The notes under the pieces are model-generated. The model saw only the letters and a list, made by a program, of their open reading frames with translations, was not told the DNA's origin and searched no databases. Positions 8,191-17,511 of a stretch of 19,750 nt of DNA are shown here, one piece after another. Numbering within the stretch: the first letter of the stretch is position 1; each line of letters begins with the position of its first letter. The translations under genes were made by a program, and so were the position numbers. This DNA is from an uncultured archaeon (lineage in GTDB: Archaea > Asgardarchaeota > Lokiarchaeia > Sigyniarchaeales > SOKP01), in the NCBI GenBank assembly GCA_964632315.1, contig CAZWEM010000061.1:1-19750 (forward strand), given 5' to 3'.

Positions 8191-8721
8191 TTAAACACTG
8201 TAAAGATCTTTCTTTTGAAATAATCGTTCTTCTCTAAGAGCTTTCCGAATTAGTGAAGGGATTTCTGAAAGAGGGATTCCTGAACTTTTTGCCATGATAT
8301 CAATTAAATATCGTGGAAATTTTTTATACCTTGCATTAATTTTAACTAACATTTCAAGAAAAAGAGTATAATTGTCCTCCTCTCCTTCAATAACATGAGC
8401 ATAAATAGAGCGATTTACACTTGTTTGGATGAAATCATTGGTTTTGGGCAAAGAAAAACCCCTCTCTGATACAAGATCCGGACTTCTTCCTAACTCTTTT
8501 TGAGCTAATTCATTTTGTAACATTTTCACTCGCTCCACTGCCTTAGTCATTCCTTTTACTATCTCGCCCTTTCTTAAAAGATTTTGAACTTTATGAATGT
8601 GATTACATCTCAAGCATTTTTTAGTCTTTTGAGTGGTCTTCACGTAGGAGTACTGTTGGCACTTGGAACACTGAAAGATCAAGTAGGTATTTTCGTCCTT
8701 TTTCCATCTTCCTTCTTCCAT
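8191..8721 (-). CDS. Zn-ribbon protein (DUF1922-like N-terminus) with a possible C-terminal winged helix
   Basis: YLIFQCSKCQQYSYVKTTQKTKKCLRC resembles the archaeal DUF1922 ribbon. The ATG directly abuts the TAG of the upstream helicase, with GGTGA upstream. The C-terminus ...GIPLSEIPSLIRKALREERLFQKKDLY is wHTH-like. Confidence 0.7.
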   Translation of the reverse strand: MEEGRWKKDENTYLIFQCSKCQQYSYVKTTQKTKKCLRCNHIHKVQNLLRKGEIVKGMTKAVERVKMLQNELAQKELGRSPDLVSERGFSLPKTNDFIQTSVNRSIYAHVIEGEEDNYTLFLEMLVKINARYKKFPRYLIDIMAKSSGIPLSEIPSLIRKALREERLFQKKDLYSV

Positions 8722-10845
8722 CTAAGATTTCTCACCTTCACGATGATTGGCTATAATGCTTTTCAAGATGAACGTAAGTTCTTCGGGGAAATCAATACAT
8801 ATCACGGTCAATTCTCTCCGTTCTCCCTCCTGTGTGAGTTTTTGCTTGAGTAACCGCTTCTCTCCCTCGAATTCTTCATAATATCCTTCAAAATCGAAGA
8901 CAAATAATGTTAATTCATATTTTTGAGGTAAATTGAATTCATTATCAATACTTTCTTTAGGATCTAATAATTTGAGTAATGCTCTCCCAAAAAAACTGAT
9001 TGTCAACCCATTTCCTTTCATCGCAAATTTAACTCCTTCCTCACGTAATAACTTTCGAACGCCAAACTTACCTGGAAAGTCGAAGCTAATAATGATATCA
9101 GTAGTTTCTTCGATGGATCGATAATTATTTAACCTTGAATCATTCGATTCTATGAAAGATAACAATGTAGGTTGAGATGCTTTCCTTTCTTTAGGAGATA
9201 ATTCTTGCAATGTTTTAGGCTCTTTTTTTATTTTGCTCATAATATTCGCTGGATCTTCTTGTTTTATTCCATTCCGCAAGTTTGCATTCATTCGTTTAAG
9301 TTTCATCAAGGCAATTCGTAAGTATACTTCATCATTAGTATTTTGAGTATAAAGCAATACCACTCGACCTTCCTTTTTACGGGCAGTACGTCCTTTCCGT
9401 TGAATGTATCGAATCTCGGAGGCCACGATGTCATAAAACACCACCATATCGCATTCTGCGATATCCAAGCCTTCCTCTGCTACGCTTGTGGCAATCAACA
9501 CGTTTACCGTGCCATTCTTGAATTCCTCCAATATCTGAAGCTGCTTGGTTTGCGAGATGCCCTTATCCTTCTTAGATTTAGTAGCTTGTCCAACAAACCT
9601 TTGAGCCCTGATTAGGGGATAACTTTTTAAATAGGATACAATGTTCAATATGGAATCTCTTAACTTTACAAACACCAAAATTCGAGATTGAGGGTCTTTT
9701 ATTATTTGTTCTAATAATAACTGTTTCAAAATGAGTAACTTGGGATGGATCAATACTTCAGGACATTCACTTTGATGTTTTAGCAATTCTAACCGCATTC
9801 GACGCATTCTCCTATCGGATGCCAAAATGCGATTTGCTTTAGAACTATTTTTCTTGGAAGCATCTTTGAATAGCTTTTCTAAATATAGAAGCAAGGCATC
9901 AAGTCCTTGTTGTTCGATGAGTTCTAAGATGTGGTACATGATGAGTGCTTGAGCGTTAACGGAAATTGCTGCATAAATATTGCTTTCCTTACCCATAGAA
10001 GATGCTTTTGCGACTAACTCGGTATTTAATTCCACTAATTTTTTACGGTTTATTTTTGATACTAAATTCTCTGCAGTTTTCTCTAAAAATCCAAACCGCA
10101 TCAAATATTGTAGGCGTTCTTCAATGAGTTGGTTTGTAATAAGGCGAGCATCTTGCATTAAGTCTGTCATACCTACTCCCATTTTATGAATATCCATGGG
10201 CTTTAAGTATCCCTTGACATCCTCATCCTCTCTTGTTCTCACGTGTACGTTTTGCTTTTGGATATGTAAAGTTTCGCATAATTCGTCGATTCGTTCTTGA
10301 GATGAACCAGGGGAAGCCGTTAATGCTAAAACGATACCGTCTGGGTTTTGTTCGACAAATACATCCGAGATGTATCTATAAGGATAATCTCCGCTCGCAT
10401 GGTGCGCTTCATCAAAAATGATTAAACATGTGTCTTCCAATCTATAACGTCCAGCAACCAAGTCATTACGAAGCGTTTGAGGGGTAAAAAAGAGTATTTG
10501 AGATTCTCGGAATAATTGCGGCCTCTTATCTGAAGCAACATTACCCATCAATTCTGTCATTTTGTCGGAAGGAATGCTTAAAAATTCTCGAAAGGATTCA
10601 TGATGTTGCGTGATCAAGGGCCGAGTAGGAGCTAGTATCACCACCTTTGAACCAGTAGGAAATGATTCCAAGACTTCTGCAACTACTAAAAGCGAGATGA
10701 TGGTCTTTCCCAAGCCAGTAGGAATGACCACCAATGAATTCGCATTGGCACATTTCCTCGCAATGTCTACTTGATACTTTCGGGATTCCAATTTACTTTC
10801 TTTAAGAAAACGGAGGTGAATGTTCTGATTCATTGTCTTAGACAT
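8722..10845 (-). CDS. hef: Hef/FANCM/Mph1-like SF2 helicase with a degenerate C-terminal ERCC4-like domain
   Basis: ESRKYQ (Q motif), IPTGLGKT, LAPTRPL, TPQT, IFDEAHHA, LTASPGS, HPKL, RFVGQA, ATSVAEEGLDI and IQRKGRTAR. The start is placed at ATG 10845, just after the upstream stop at 10850; 10857 and 10833 are alternatives. Confidence 0.9.
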   Translation of the reverse strand: MSKTMNQNIHLRFLKESKLESRKYQVDIARKCANANSLVVIPTGLGKTIISLLVVAEVLESFPTGSKVVILAPTRPLITQHHESFREFLSIPSDKMTELMGNVASDKRPQLFRESQILFFTPQTLRNDLVAGRYRLEDTCLIIFDEAHHASGDYPYRYISDVFVEQNPDGIVLALTASPGSSQERIDELCETLHIQKQNVHVRTREDEDVKGYLKPMDIHKMGVGMTDLMQDARLITNQLIEERLQYLMRFGFLEKTAENLVSKINRKKLVELNTELVAKASSMGKESNIYAAISVNAQALIMYHILELIEQQGLDALLLYLEKLFKDASKKNSSKANRILASDRRMRRMRLELLKHQSECPEVLIHPKLLILKQLLLEQIIKDPQSRILVFVKLRDSILNIVSYLKSYPLIRAQRFVGQATKSKKDKGISQTKQLQILEEFKNGTVNVLIATSVAEEGLDIAECDMVVFYDIVASEIRYIQRKGRTARKKEGRVVLLYTQNTNDEVYLRIALMKLKRMNANLRNGIKQEDPANIMSKIKKEPKTLQELSPKERKASQPTLLSFIESNDSRLNNYRSIEETTDIIISFDFPGKFGVRKLLREEGVKFAMKGNGLTISFFGRALLKLLDPKESIDNEFNLPQKYELTLFVFDFEGYYEEFEGEKRLLKQKLTQEGERRELTVICIDFPEELTFILKSIIANHREGEKS

Positions 10846-10849
10846 CTCA

Positions 10850-11428
10850 TTACTCATCCCCAATATGAATGAATTGTTTATCAATTTTGAGTGTAGTTAT
10901 AGTTCGATTGAGCTTAGCATAAATTCTCAATTCTGCGCCAATCTTAATAGCCAACGAAGTGGGGTACAACAAACTATTTCTATTTTTTTCCATCAAGTAA
11001 GGATGCCTTGAATGTAGCTTCTTAGCGTTTTGACAGAGCTCGGAATGAATTAGCTTAGGATCAAATCCCTTACCAATTTTAATATGTTGATATACGTATG
11101 TTAAATCTAAGAGGGTTCTTGCTTCCTTTGAGGATAAATATACATGTCTAAGTTTAGGACTGTTCTCGTCTTTCTCGCTTGATGGGACTAAATTTAGGTA
11201 ATTCGTTCCATTTCTCCGTTCTAACCAGAGCCGATATCCCTTAAAATCATCTTGAAAGAGCGACTGAAACTGCAACACGAGATCCACGAGTGCCGTGAGC
11301 TGCTCATTTGACAACTTATAACACGCGCCGAAACTGGCCATATTAAGCTGGCATTTCGGTTTCTGTTTGAGGGGTTTAAGGGCTAAAATGAGGTCTCGCA
11401 CGGCAGAAGAATTGATCTCGTGTTGCAT
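10850..11428 (-). CDS. Hypothetical protein (192 aa), possibly winged-helix-like; first gene of the hef operon
   Basis: ATG ORF with an AT-rich TATA-like upstream region. Its stop is 4 nt from the hef start. It has an internal degenerate repeat and a C-terminal HPYL....LLYPTSLAIKIG wing-like segment. Confidence 0.7.
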   Translation of the reverse strand: MQHEINSSAVRDLILALKPLKQKPKCQLNMASFGACYKLSNEQLTALVDLVLQFQSLFQDDFKGYRLWLERRNGTNYLNLVPSSEKDENSPKLRHVYLSSKEARTLLDLTYVYQHIKIGKGFDPKLIHSELCQNAKKLHSRHPYLMEKNRNSLLYPTSLAIKIGAELRIYAKLNRTITTLKIDKQFIHIGDE

Positions 11429-11547
11429 TATGAGAAAAATAGCTTAAATTTATTTAAATAAAAAATCAATAATTCTGGATATTGAATTTCAAATACCTAT
11501 CAATTATAGGCATAATTAATATATTCTTAATTTCGCTCTCAATTTTT

Positions 11548-12366
11548 ATGAAATCAATTGATAAGATGACGATTATGGTAACAGGTTCTACAGATGGTAT
11601 TGGGATGTTAACAGCAACGCAATTGGCAAAATTAGGAGCTAAAGTCATTGTTCATGGTAGAAATTCTCAAAAGCTTGCCCATGTTATGGATGATATTAAG
11701 AGCAAATCTGGTAATTCTAATATAGAGGGTTATATTGCTGATTTTAATGCACTCAAAAATGTAAGAGAGTTAGCATCAAACGTATTAAAGGAACACCCCA
11801 AGTTAGATGTACTCATTAATAATGCCGGGATTGGATTAACTGGTAAGCGTAAAGTTAGTCAAGATGGCTATGAATTGAGGTTTGCAGTTAATTATCTCGC
11901 ACCTTTTCTTCTCTCGCATCTCTTAATTCCCGCATTAAAAAAGACCGCTCCTTCGAGGATTGTGAACGTCTCTTCAATTGGACAGCACCCTATAGATTTC
12001 GAGGATATTATGCTTGAGAAAAATTTTGATCCACATCAAGCATATCGCCAAAGTAAACTTGCGTTAATCATGTTTACTTTCACTTTAGCTGAAAAATTAA
12101 AAGATTTCGGAATTACAGTCAATGCGTTACATCCCGGAACTTACTTGGACACTAAAATGGTTACAGAAGCAGGAATTACACCAATGGGCACGGCTGAGAG
12201 TGGTGCTAAGGCAGAGGTGTATCTAGCAATATCCCCCGAATTGAATGCAATTGGCGGACAATATTTTGATAGGATGGAGAAATCAAGAGCAATTAAGCAA
12301 GCATATGATGTTAAAGCTCGTGAAAAATTATGGACCCTAAGCATGAAATTAACTGGGCTTCTATAA
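11548..12366 (+). CDS. Short-chain dehydrogenase/reductase (retinol dehydrogenase-like classical SDR)
   Basis: TGSTDGIG (TGxxxGxG), LINNAG, FAVNYLAPF, RIVNVSS, YRQSK (YxxxK) and ALHPG. The start is more likely ATG 11548 (MKSIDKM) than TTG 11482. Confidence 0.93.
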   Translation: MKSIDKMTIMVTGSTDGIGMLTATQLAKLGAKVIVHGRNSQKLAHVMDDIKSKSGNSNIEGYIADFNALKNVRELASNVLKEHPKLDVLINNAGIGLTGKRKVSQDGYELRFAVNYLAPFLLSHLLIPALKKTAPSRIVNVSSIGQHPIDFEDIMLEKNFDPHQAYRQSKLALIMFTFTLAEKLKDFGITVNALHPGTYLDTKMVTEAGITPMGTAESGAKAEVYLAISPELNAIGGQYFDRMEKSRAIKQAYDVKAREKLWTLSMKLTGLL

Positions 12367-12399
12367 AGTCAAAGAAATAGAGAAATAAAAAAAAATTAT

Positions 12400-15309
12400 T
12401 TATACGTTTATCTTGTCTTTTTTGTTATCGAGAAGACGCTTAGAAATAAATAAGGTCGCACTAGGAACAGATATGAATCCAATTATCATTCCTACTCCCG
12501 TGGTGATCTCATCTTGTTTCAGTGGATTGGGATTAGGATTGACTTCAGGTGGTGTAGATACGCCTATATATATCTCTCCAACAGCATTATCGGTTTTATT
12601 GAAACCATCGTTTAGATATAGGTCAATAGTATAATTTCCATGATTTAAAGGTACGTAAGAAAGCGAAAACTCACTGTAATCGATCGCATCATCTCGAGCC
12701 ATAGTAACTGTGCGTAAGTATGAGCCCTCCTTAAAAATTTTTCCGAAAGCATTACCATGCGAAAGTGAAACTTTAGCTGACCCGCACAATTGAGTCGCGT
12801 TTAGTGAAACTACGATCATTCCTGATTCATTTTTCCACGCAAAATTAGTAAGTAAATCATAGGTGGTTTGGAAACTAATTGGTTTTCGTTTGATTTCGTT
12901 TAATCCATCGTATACGCTCAAATTCCCTTCGATTAATGGAAAATAAGATGGCTCCATTGGAATAGTGAAATTAACGTGGTGAGTCCCATCTGGCTCCACG
13001 GTAAAAATCTGTGTTCCTAAAAGATCTGATAGGAACTTGACGGTAGCATAATCTCCTAACTGTGATAACACCATATTTCCAATTGATACGGTAATCTCTT
13101 GTGTTCCTCCCAAAGGTACTATGTTGTTCATCTGAACGGCGATATTCACTTCATTATTCTTGCCCATCTCTATAATCCATCCAAATGCCCTCGGTTCAAT
13201 GGTCTTAAGATTGAGAGAAGTATAGAAATTGTTCGAATCAGCATCATAGGTCATTTGAATCAGATTCTGGGTAGCTTCGATATCGAAATCAAACTCTAAA
13301 TCATATAACTCTTTAATCTTGTATGTAAAATAGATATTTTTCATATTCCCATAGTCTATATTATTTTGAAGATATTCTGTGACTGCTTGATGGTTCACAT
13401 CAGGTTCTCCTAAGCTTCGTAAAATGTAGTATGCTTGATAGGTGTGTTCTAATATGTCTTCGGGTAATGTCCCATAGCGTGGCTGGAAATATAGTCCCTG
13501 CATCTGGTCCATGTTGTGAGCAATATAACTAACTAAAGCATTAGAATCTAGTAAAAATTCTGAGACTGTTTGGTTTATTCCGAGTAAATTAGAGAGAATT
13601 TCTATGATCTTAACAGCATGATATGTATTTTCTAAAAAGATAGTCTTAGCTTGAGAAGTGCTGGAAAATCGTACCATGCGAATAGAACTCATAAATCCTC
13701 CATAAAGTTTCAGGTCTTCATCATTTAAATATTGGGAATTAATTACTCCATTAAGCACGTGGGTAAGGTCATAGTGATATGGTAAATCGTCAAGTTTATA
13801 GATCGCGTTCAAGGTTTCCAGTGCAAGAGAAGTCCATTCAATGCTGGTATAAGAGTTCAAGTAGGGAATGATCTGATGAGCACAACTAGTGGTAAACTCA
13901 ATGGGATGAGATCGAAACCACGCTCGATCTGGATACATGCCTGTTGCGCCCCCAAATTCCATTCCGTTTTCGGTATAAATGGTAAATAAAACTCCTTTAA
14001 CAGCCTCATAAAGAGATTGAAGGGGAAGCTCGTTAGCCCGATTCATTAGTCGGAAAGATGTCGCAAGCGCATGTAATTGGGTAATCGCTTGGTAATCGGG
14101 AGGAACAGGTGCATATCCTTTTAAGGATCGGAACAATGCAACAAAACTACTCACTTCAGCCAAATCCTCATATGATAAGGAAGTTATTTCTCCAACATTC
14201 TTTAAAGATCGTACCACCTGAAAGGTATCAATGAGTTCATGATAAGGAACATTCGTTGAGCAACTCCACCCTCCAAGGGTATTCCTTCCCTTAAGTATGA
14301 ATTCTATCAGTTCTGGACGATTTATCCCAGTAAAAGATGATAAATCCGATAGTTCCAAGCCGAGAGCACTGGCGATGATATTTGATTCATTGTTATAATA
14401 GGGATATTCGGAGATTTGACAGAAATTGCGAACGGGATCATACAAACCTGTAAGATAGTTCTTAAAGTCTGCCATGCGGACTGTTTCAAGCATATCCAGC
14501 ATCTCAAGTGAACGGAGTGCAAAAAACGAGGAAAGTAGTCCCGGTTCATAGGTAACTAAAGAATCGAAAATATAATCCTTATCATTGAAAAACCCACCAT
14601 TGGCGTCTTGGGAACTGCTAATGAAATTCATAATCGCATCCCGTTCTGAGGAATGATCACTCCAATCAAATCCCAAGGCATCTAAAGCAAGTAACGCATA
14701 ATAGATATTATCCATGGTGGCTATTTTTAATTTTGAGTCCAAACCGACTTGATAAGGTTGACCGATGAATCCTGAGGTGACTGGTTGATAACAGCTCCAT
14801 ATAAAATCAAAAATTTTTTTTGCATCGATACGGTTTATTTGCTCTAAAATGTCCAAGGATAAAAGAGCATAGCAAGTAATTTCCAAGTATGACTGCAAGG
14901 GATAATAATATTGATCAAAATCCAAGTAACGGAGAACAACTGAATCAATGAAACTGCTATTATCAGCGGTATAATAGTCTATGATGTACTCTGCGATTTG
15001 AGTTTCATTCACTTGCGATAACCCGCCAATTGATTTTAAGATACTTATCGCATGATAGGTAGCTTGAAGGGTTGGCTGATAATAACTTGAAAAATATCCA
15101 TTAGATTGATATCCTAGAACTTCCTGGTCTAAAAGAGAATCGATAAATGCAGAAGTTGTACTAGAACCTGCTGGTCTTGTATCATTTTGCATTGTCCCAT
15201 TCAAAATGGGTGAGGAACTTGAAGTATTACCCATTTGTGAAATTAACAACATCAAGCAAAACCCCACGAACATAATCGATACCATTACTTTTCTATTCAA
15301 ATTTTTCAT
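12400..15309 (-). CDS. Large secreted, membrane-anchored protein with prenyltransferase/squalene-cyclase-type alpha/alpha repeats and C-terminal Ig-like domains; C-terminal third resembles ribophorin II
   Basis: N-terminal signal peptide (MKNLNRK + hydrophobic stretch). Repeated FIWSCYQPVTSGF, FISSSQDANGGF, FILKGRNTLGGW and TY.A...L..L units. Beta-rich region, P/N linker, then C-terminal TM + KR. Several N-x-S/T sequons. Confidence 0.8.
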   Translation of the reverse strand: MKNLNRKVMVSIMFVGFCLMLLISQMGNTSSSSPILNGTMQNDTRPAGSSTTSAFIDSLLDQEVLGYQSNGYFSSYYQPTLQATYHAISILKSIGGLSQVNETQIAEYIIDYYTADNSSFIDSVVLRYLDFDQYYYPLQSYLEITCYALLSLDILEQINRIDAKKIFDFIWSCYQPVTSGFIGQPYQVGLDSKLKIATMDNIYYALLALDALGFDWSDHSSERDAIMNFISSSQDANGGFFNDKDYIFDSLVTYEPGLLSSFFALRSLEMLDMLETVRMADFKNYLTGLYDPVRNFCQISEYPYYNNESNIIASALGLELSDLSSFTGINRPELIEFILKGRNTLGGWSCSTNVPYHELIDTFQVVRSLKNVGEITSLSYEDLAEVSSFVALFRSLKGYAPVPPDYQAITQLHALATSFRLMNRANELPLQSLYEAVKGVLFTIYTENGMEFGGATGMYPDRAWFRSHPIEFTTSCAHQIIPYLNSYTSIEWTSLALETLNAIYKLDDLPYHYDLTHVLNGVINSQYLNDEDLKLYGGFMSSIRMVRFSSTSQAKTIFLENTYHAVKIIEILSNLLGINQTVSEFLLDSNALVSYIAHNMDQMQGLYFQPRYGTLPEDILEHTYQAYYILRSLGEPDVNHQAVTEYLQNNIDYGNMKNIYFTYKIKELYDLEFDFDIEATQNLIQMTYDADSNNFYTSLNLKTIEPRAFGWIIEMGKNNEVNIAVQMNNIVPLGGTQEITVSIGNMVLSQLGDYATVKFLSDLLGTQIFTVEPDGTHHVNFTIPMEPSYFPLIEGNLSVYDGLNEIKRKPISFQTTYDLLTNFAWKNESGMIVVSLNATQLCGSAKVSLSHGNAFGKIFKEGSYLRTVTMARDDAIDYSEFSLSYVPLNHGNYTIDLYLNDGFNKTDNAVGEIYIGVSTPPEVNPNPNPLKQDEITTGVGMIIGFISVPSATLFISKRLLDNKKDKINV

Positions 15310-15618
15310 GATAAATCTACAATTATTGTATTTTCATTACTTTCGTGGGGGATACTTATAAAAAACAAAACTCCTCATCTTGTCTATAAAACTTTTTAAT
15401 AAGATCTGATTTTGATTTTCATTCTCTTTCATTGGAGATGACATGAAGAATCATCATCGCATAAAATTAATCATCTACCCATTGATTTTGATCGTTACTA
15501 AGCATACTCCCCTAAGAAAATTATGCATAGAAACCTGATCCATATTACAAACTACTGACCCAACAGTTAGATTGCTCATTTAGGAATACTAAAAAATGGA
15601 GCGGAACCTAAATTTTAA

Positions 15619-15634
15619 GTCCGTATGAACGGAC
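15619..15634 (-). terminator. Perfect 6-bp hairpin immediately downstream of the TFB-like gene
   Basis: GTCCGT-ATGA-ACGGAC lies 6 nt past the stop codon at 15641-15643. Confidence 0.3.
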
Positions 15635-15640
15635 CATGAG

Positions 15641-16888
15641 TCAAAGTATTGCAGTTAACTCTGGAGGACCTTTCGGATATGGATACATGAAATTGCTAAG
15701 TTCAATTGAGAATCTCTCTCTCCCATTAACTCCATCAGGATTAATGTTTTTATATTGTATTGGGAACTTTTCACTATGGAGATCTCCTTCCGTTAATATA
15801 AAACAGCCAAAAGTGGTCGTTACGGCATAAATGTAATATTCCATCGATTCATGAGCATTGAACACGTCGGTGGCATTTCCAATCTTGATTCTTAATATCG
15901 ATACGGGTTGAGGATCTAATGCCAAATCATCCTCGATAACCCCTAGCTTGACCATTAGCTTGCGAAGTAGCTCAGAGGATCGTACTAAGCTCTCAAAACC
16001 TTCCACGCGTAATCTTTCAAATATTTTTTGCTCGATCTGCCGGTGAATCGTACTCATTTGAATTCCAACATGATTACATATAGTACTGACCTTTAAATCT
16101 CGCTCTGCTTCACATAGAGCAATAATACTGGTGCACACACCTGCCACTACATCATCTTTCGTGTTCTTAATAATTTGCCAAAACTTTTCCAATACTTTTT
16201 CAGCTGCGTGATAAAATTGCATGTCTTGGTTGAGTGCTGCCGTGATGTTCATGATCTTTTGAAGGATATATTGTTTTCGATCTCGTGAATAATATTGGGG
16301 GATGTAATCTCGTAATTGTAGTTTAAAACTGTTGAATTCTTTCTTGCTAATTTCTGATTTTTCCAAGAGCTCTTGCTCGTTTATTCCCTTACAATTTAAC
16401 TTAAAATAGAGATAGATCGTTATCGGGACTAACTTGCGAACACTACGATATTTCGTTCCCTTCTGTAAGCATTTACGTAGCTTTAGAAAGAGCTTCAATA
16501 CAGGATCAACCTCCCTTAAAGAAAGTCCTAAATTGGATAAGATCTTTTTGATTTCAAAACTCGCACTTACTTTAGCTCGCTCATCAGCATTTCTTTCAGA
16601 ATCTAATTTGCTCAATTTATCCAAACGTAGCGATTTTTCATTGCAGAATCGTTCTTTCACCGTCCCGATCTGAGTCCTACCCTTAGGAGCATGATGAATT
16701 ATTGATTCAGTATACGGACGATGATATTCCATTATGAGTCTCGAGAGAACAATACCGCAATCACCACAGACATACCCTTCGGGAGTCTTCTGGATATTTC
16801 GTGAGTGACATGCATCACATGAATCGATATCGATATCCTGATAATGTTCTATATCGTCTTGATATCTCTTGATCCTATCACTAGCCAT
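15641..16888 (-). CDS. tfb: Divergent TFB/TFIIB-family transcription initiation factor paralog with a C-terminal extension
   Basis: Zn ribbon CDAC...GYVCGDCGIVL. First cyclin-like repeat EIKKILSNLGL...KGTKYRS...ITIYL. Second cyclin-like repeat ending STICNHVGIQMSTI (BRE-binding HTH position). Followed by about 95 extra residues. ATG 16888 is preferred; GTG 16900 is possible. Confidence 0.8.
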   Translation of the reverse strand: MASDRIKRYQDDIEHYQDIDIDSCDACHSRNIQKTPEGYVCGDCGIVLSRLIMEYHRPYTESIIHHAPKGRTQIGTVKERFCNEKSLRLDKLSKLDSERNADERAKVSASFEIKKILSNLGLSLREVDPVLKLFLKLRKCLQKGTKYRSVRKLVPITIYLYFKLNCKGINEQELLEKSEISKKEFNSFKLQLRDYIPQYYSRDRKQYILQKIMNITAALNQDMQFYHAAEKVLEKFWQIIKNTKDDVVAGVCTSIIALCEAERDLKVSTICNHVGIQMSTIHRQIEQKIFERLRVEGFESLVRSSELLRKLMVKLGVIEDDLALDPQPVSILRIKIGNATDVFNAHESMEYYIYAVTTTFGCFILTEGDLHSEKFPIQYKNINPDGVNGRERFSIELSNFMYPYPKGPPELTAIL

Positions 16889-16958
16889 TTTTTTAACCAC
16901 TTTTTTTTGTTATTTATTTTTTATGAAAAAAATGACCTCGATTTTCTAGGCCACGATC

Positions 16959-16966
16959 TTATATAC
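16959..16966 (-). promoter_or_regulatory. Candidate TATA box of the TFB-like gene
   Basis: GTATATAA on the minus strand, about 70 nt upstream of the ATG, followed by G-ATCGT. Confidence 0.3.
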
Positions 16967-17511
16967 GCTAGAGTTTGGTTTTTAAAGTTTATCTTCGATC
17001 AAAAAATATTAGTTGTTTCTTAATTTAAATGCTCCAAAAAACGTGAACTATTAAATTTAGGATTTTTGATTTACCTATCTTTTCTTAAATGCCTGGATTT
17101 TCATATTATCAGTTAAGAATTAGAATTTAAAATTATGATTTTTGGTTATCAGGAAGTGAAAAAACCAAAATTTCACGATCCGTGATACACCCCTTGAAAT
17201 TAATCTTGAAGAAAAAGGTGGTATATACACTTTTAATAAAGAATTGCTTCTACTTTTTATTAAAATTAGATTTAACCAACCTAATCTTAGATAAAGATCT
17301 ATTGATCGAATGAGATAAGCGCGTAAAGCCGTGTCTTCCCGACACTTTTTAGAATAACATTTCTCGCTTTCTACTCTTAGTTCATAAATAGTTATTTAAA
17401 CTCAATGTTTTTTGAGGTAATCAATATTATTTGACAATTTTCTCTCAGTTTAAATTGAAAATCAAAATATGCGATTTTTTTCTTTATTAGTGACCATTTC
17501 AACAATATTAC

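Noticed and set aside
11482-11547. Apparent signal peptide on the SDR
   Set aside because: It arises from extending the ORF to a TTG through the AT-rich divergent promoter region. The Rossmann fold begins right after ATG 11548.
12400-15309. Calling the 969-aa protein a true squalene-hopene/oxidosqualene cyclase or protein prenyltransferase beta subunit
   Set aside because: I see no DXDD or DCTAE motif and no clear Zn-ligand set. The signal peptide and C-terminal anchor point to an extracytoplasmic role.
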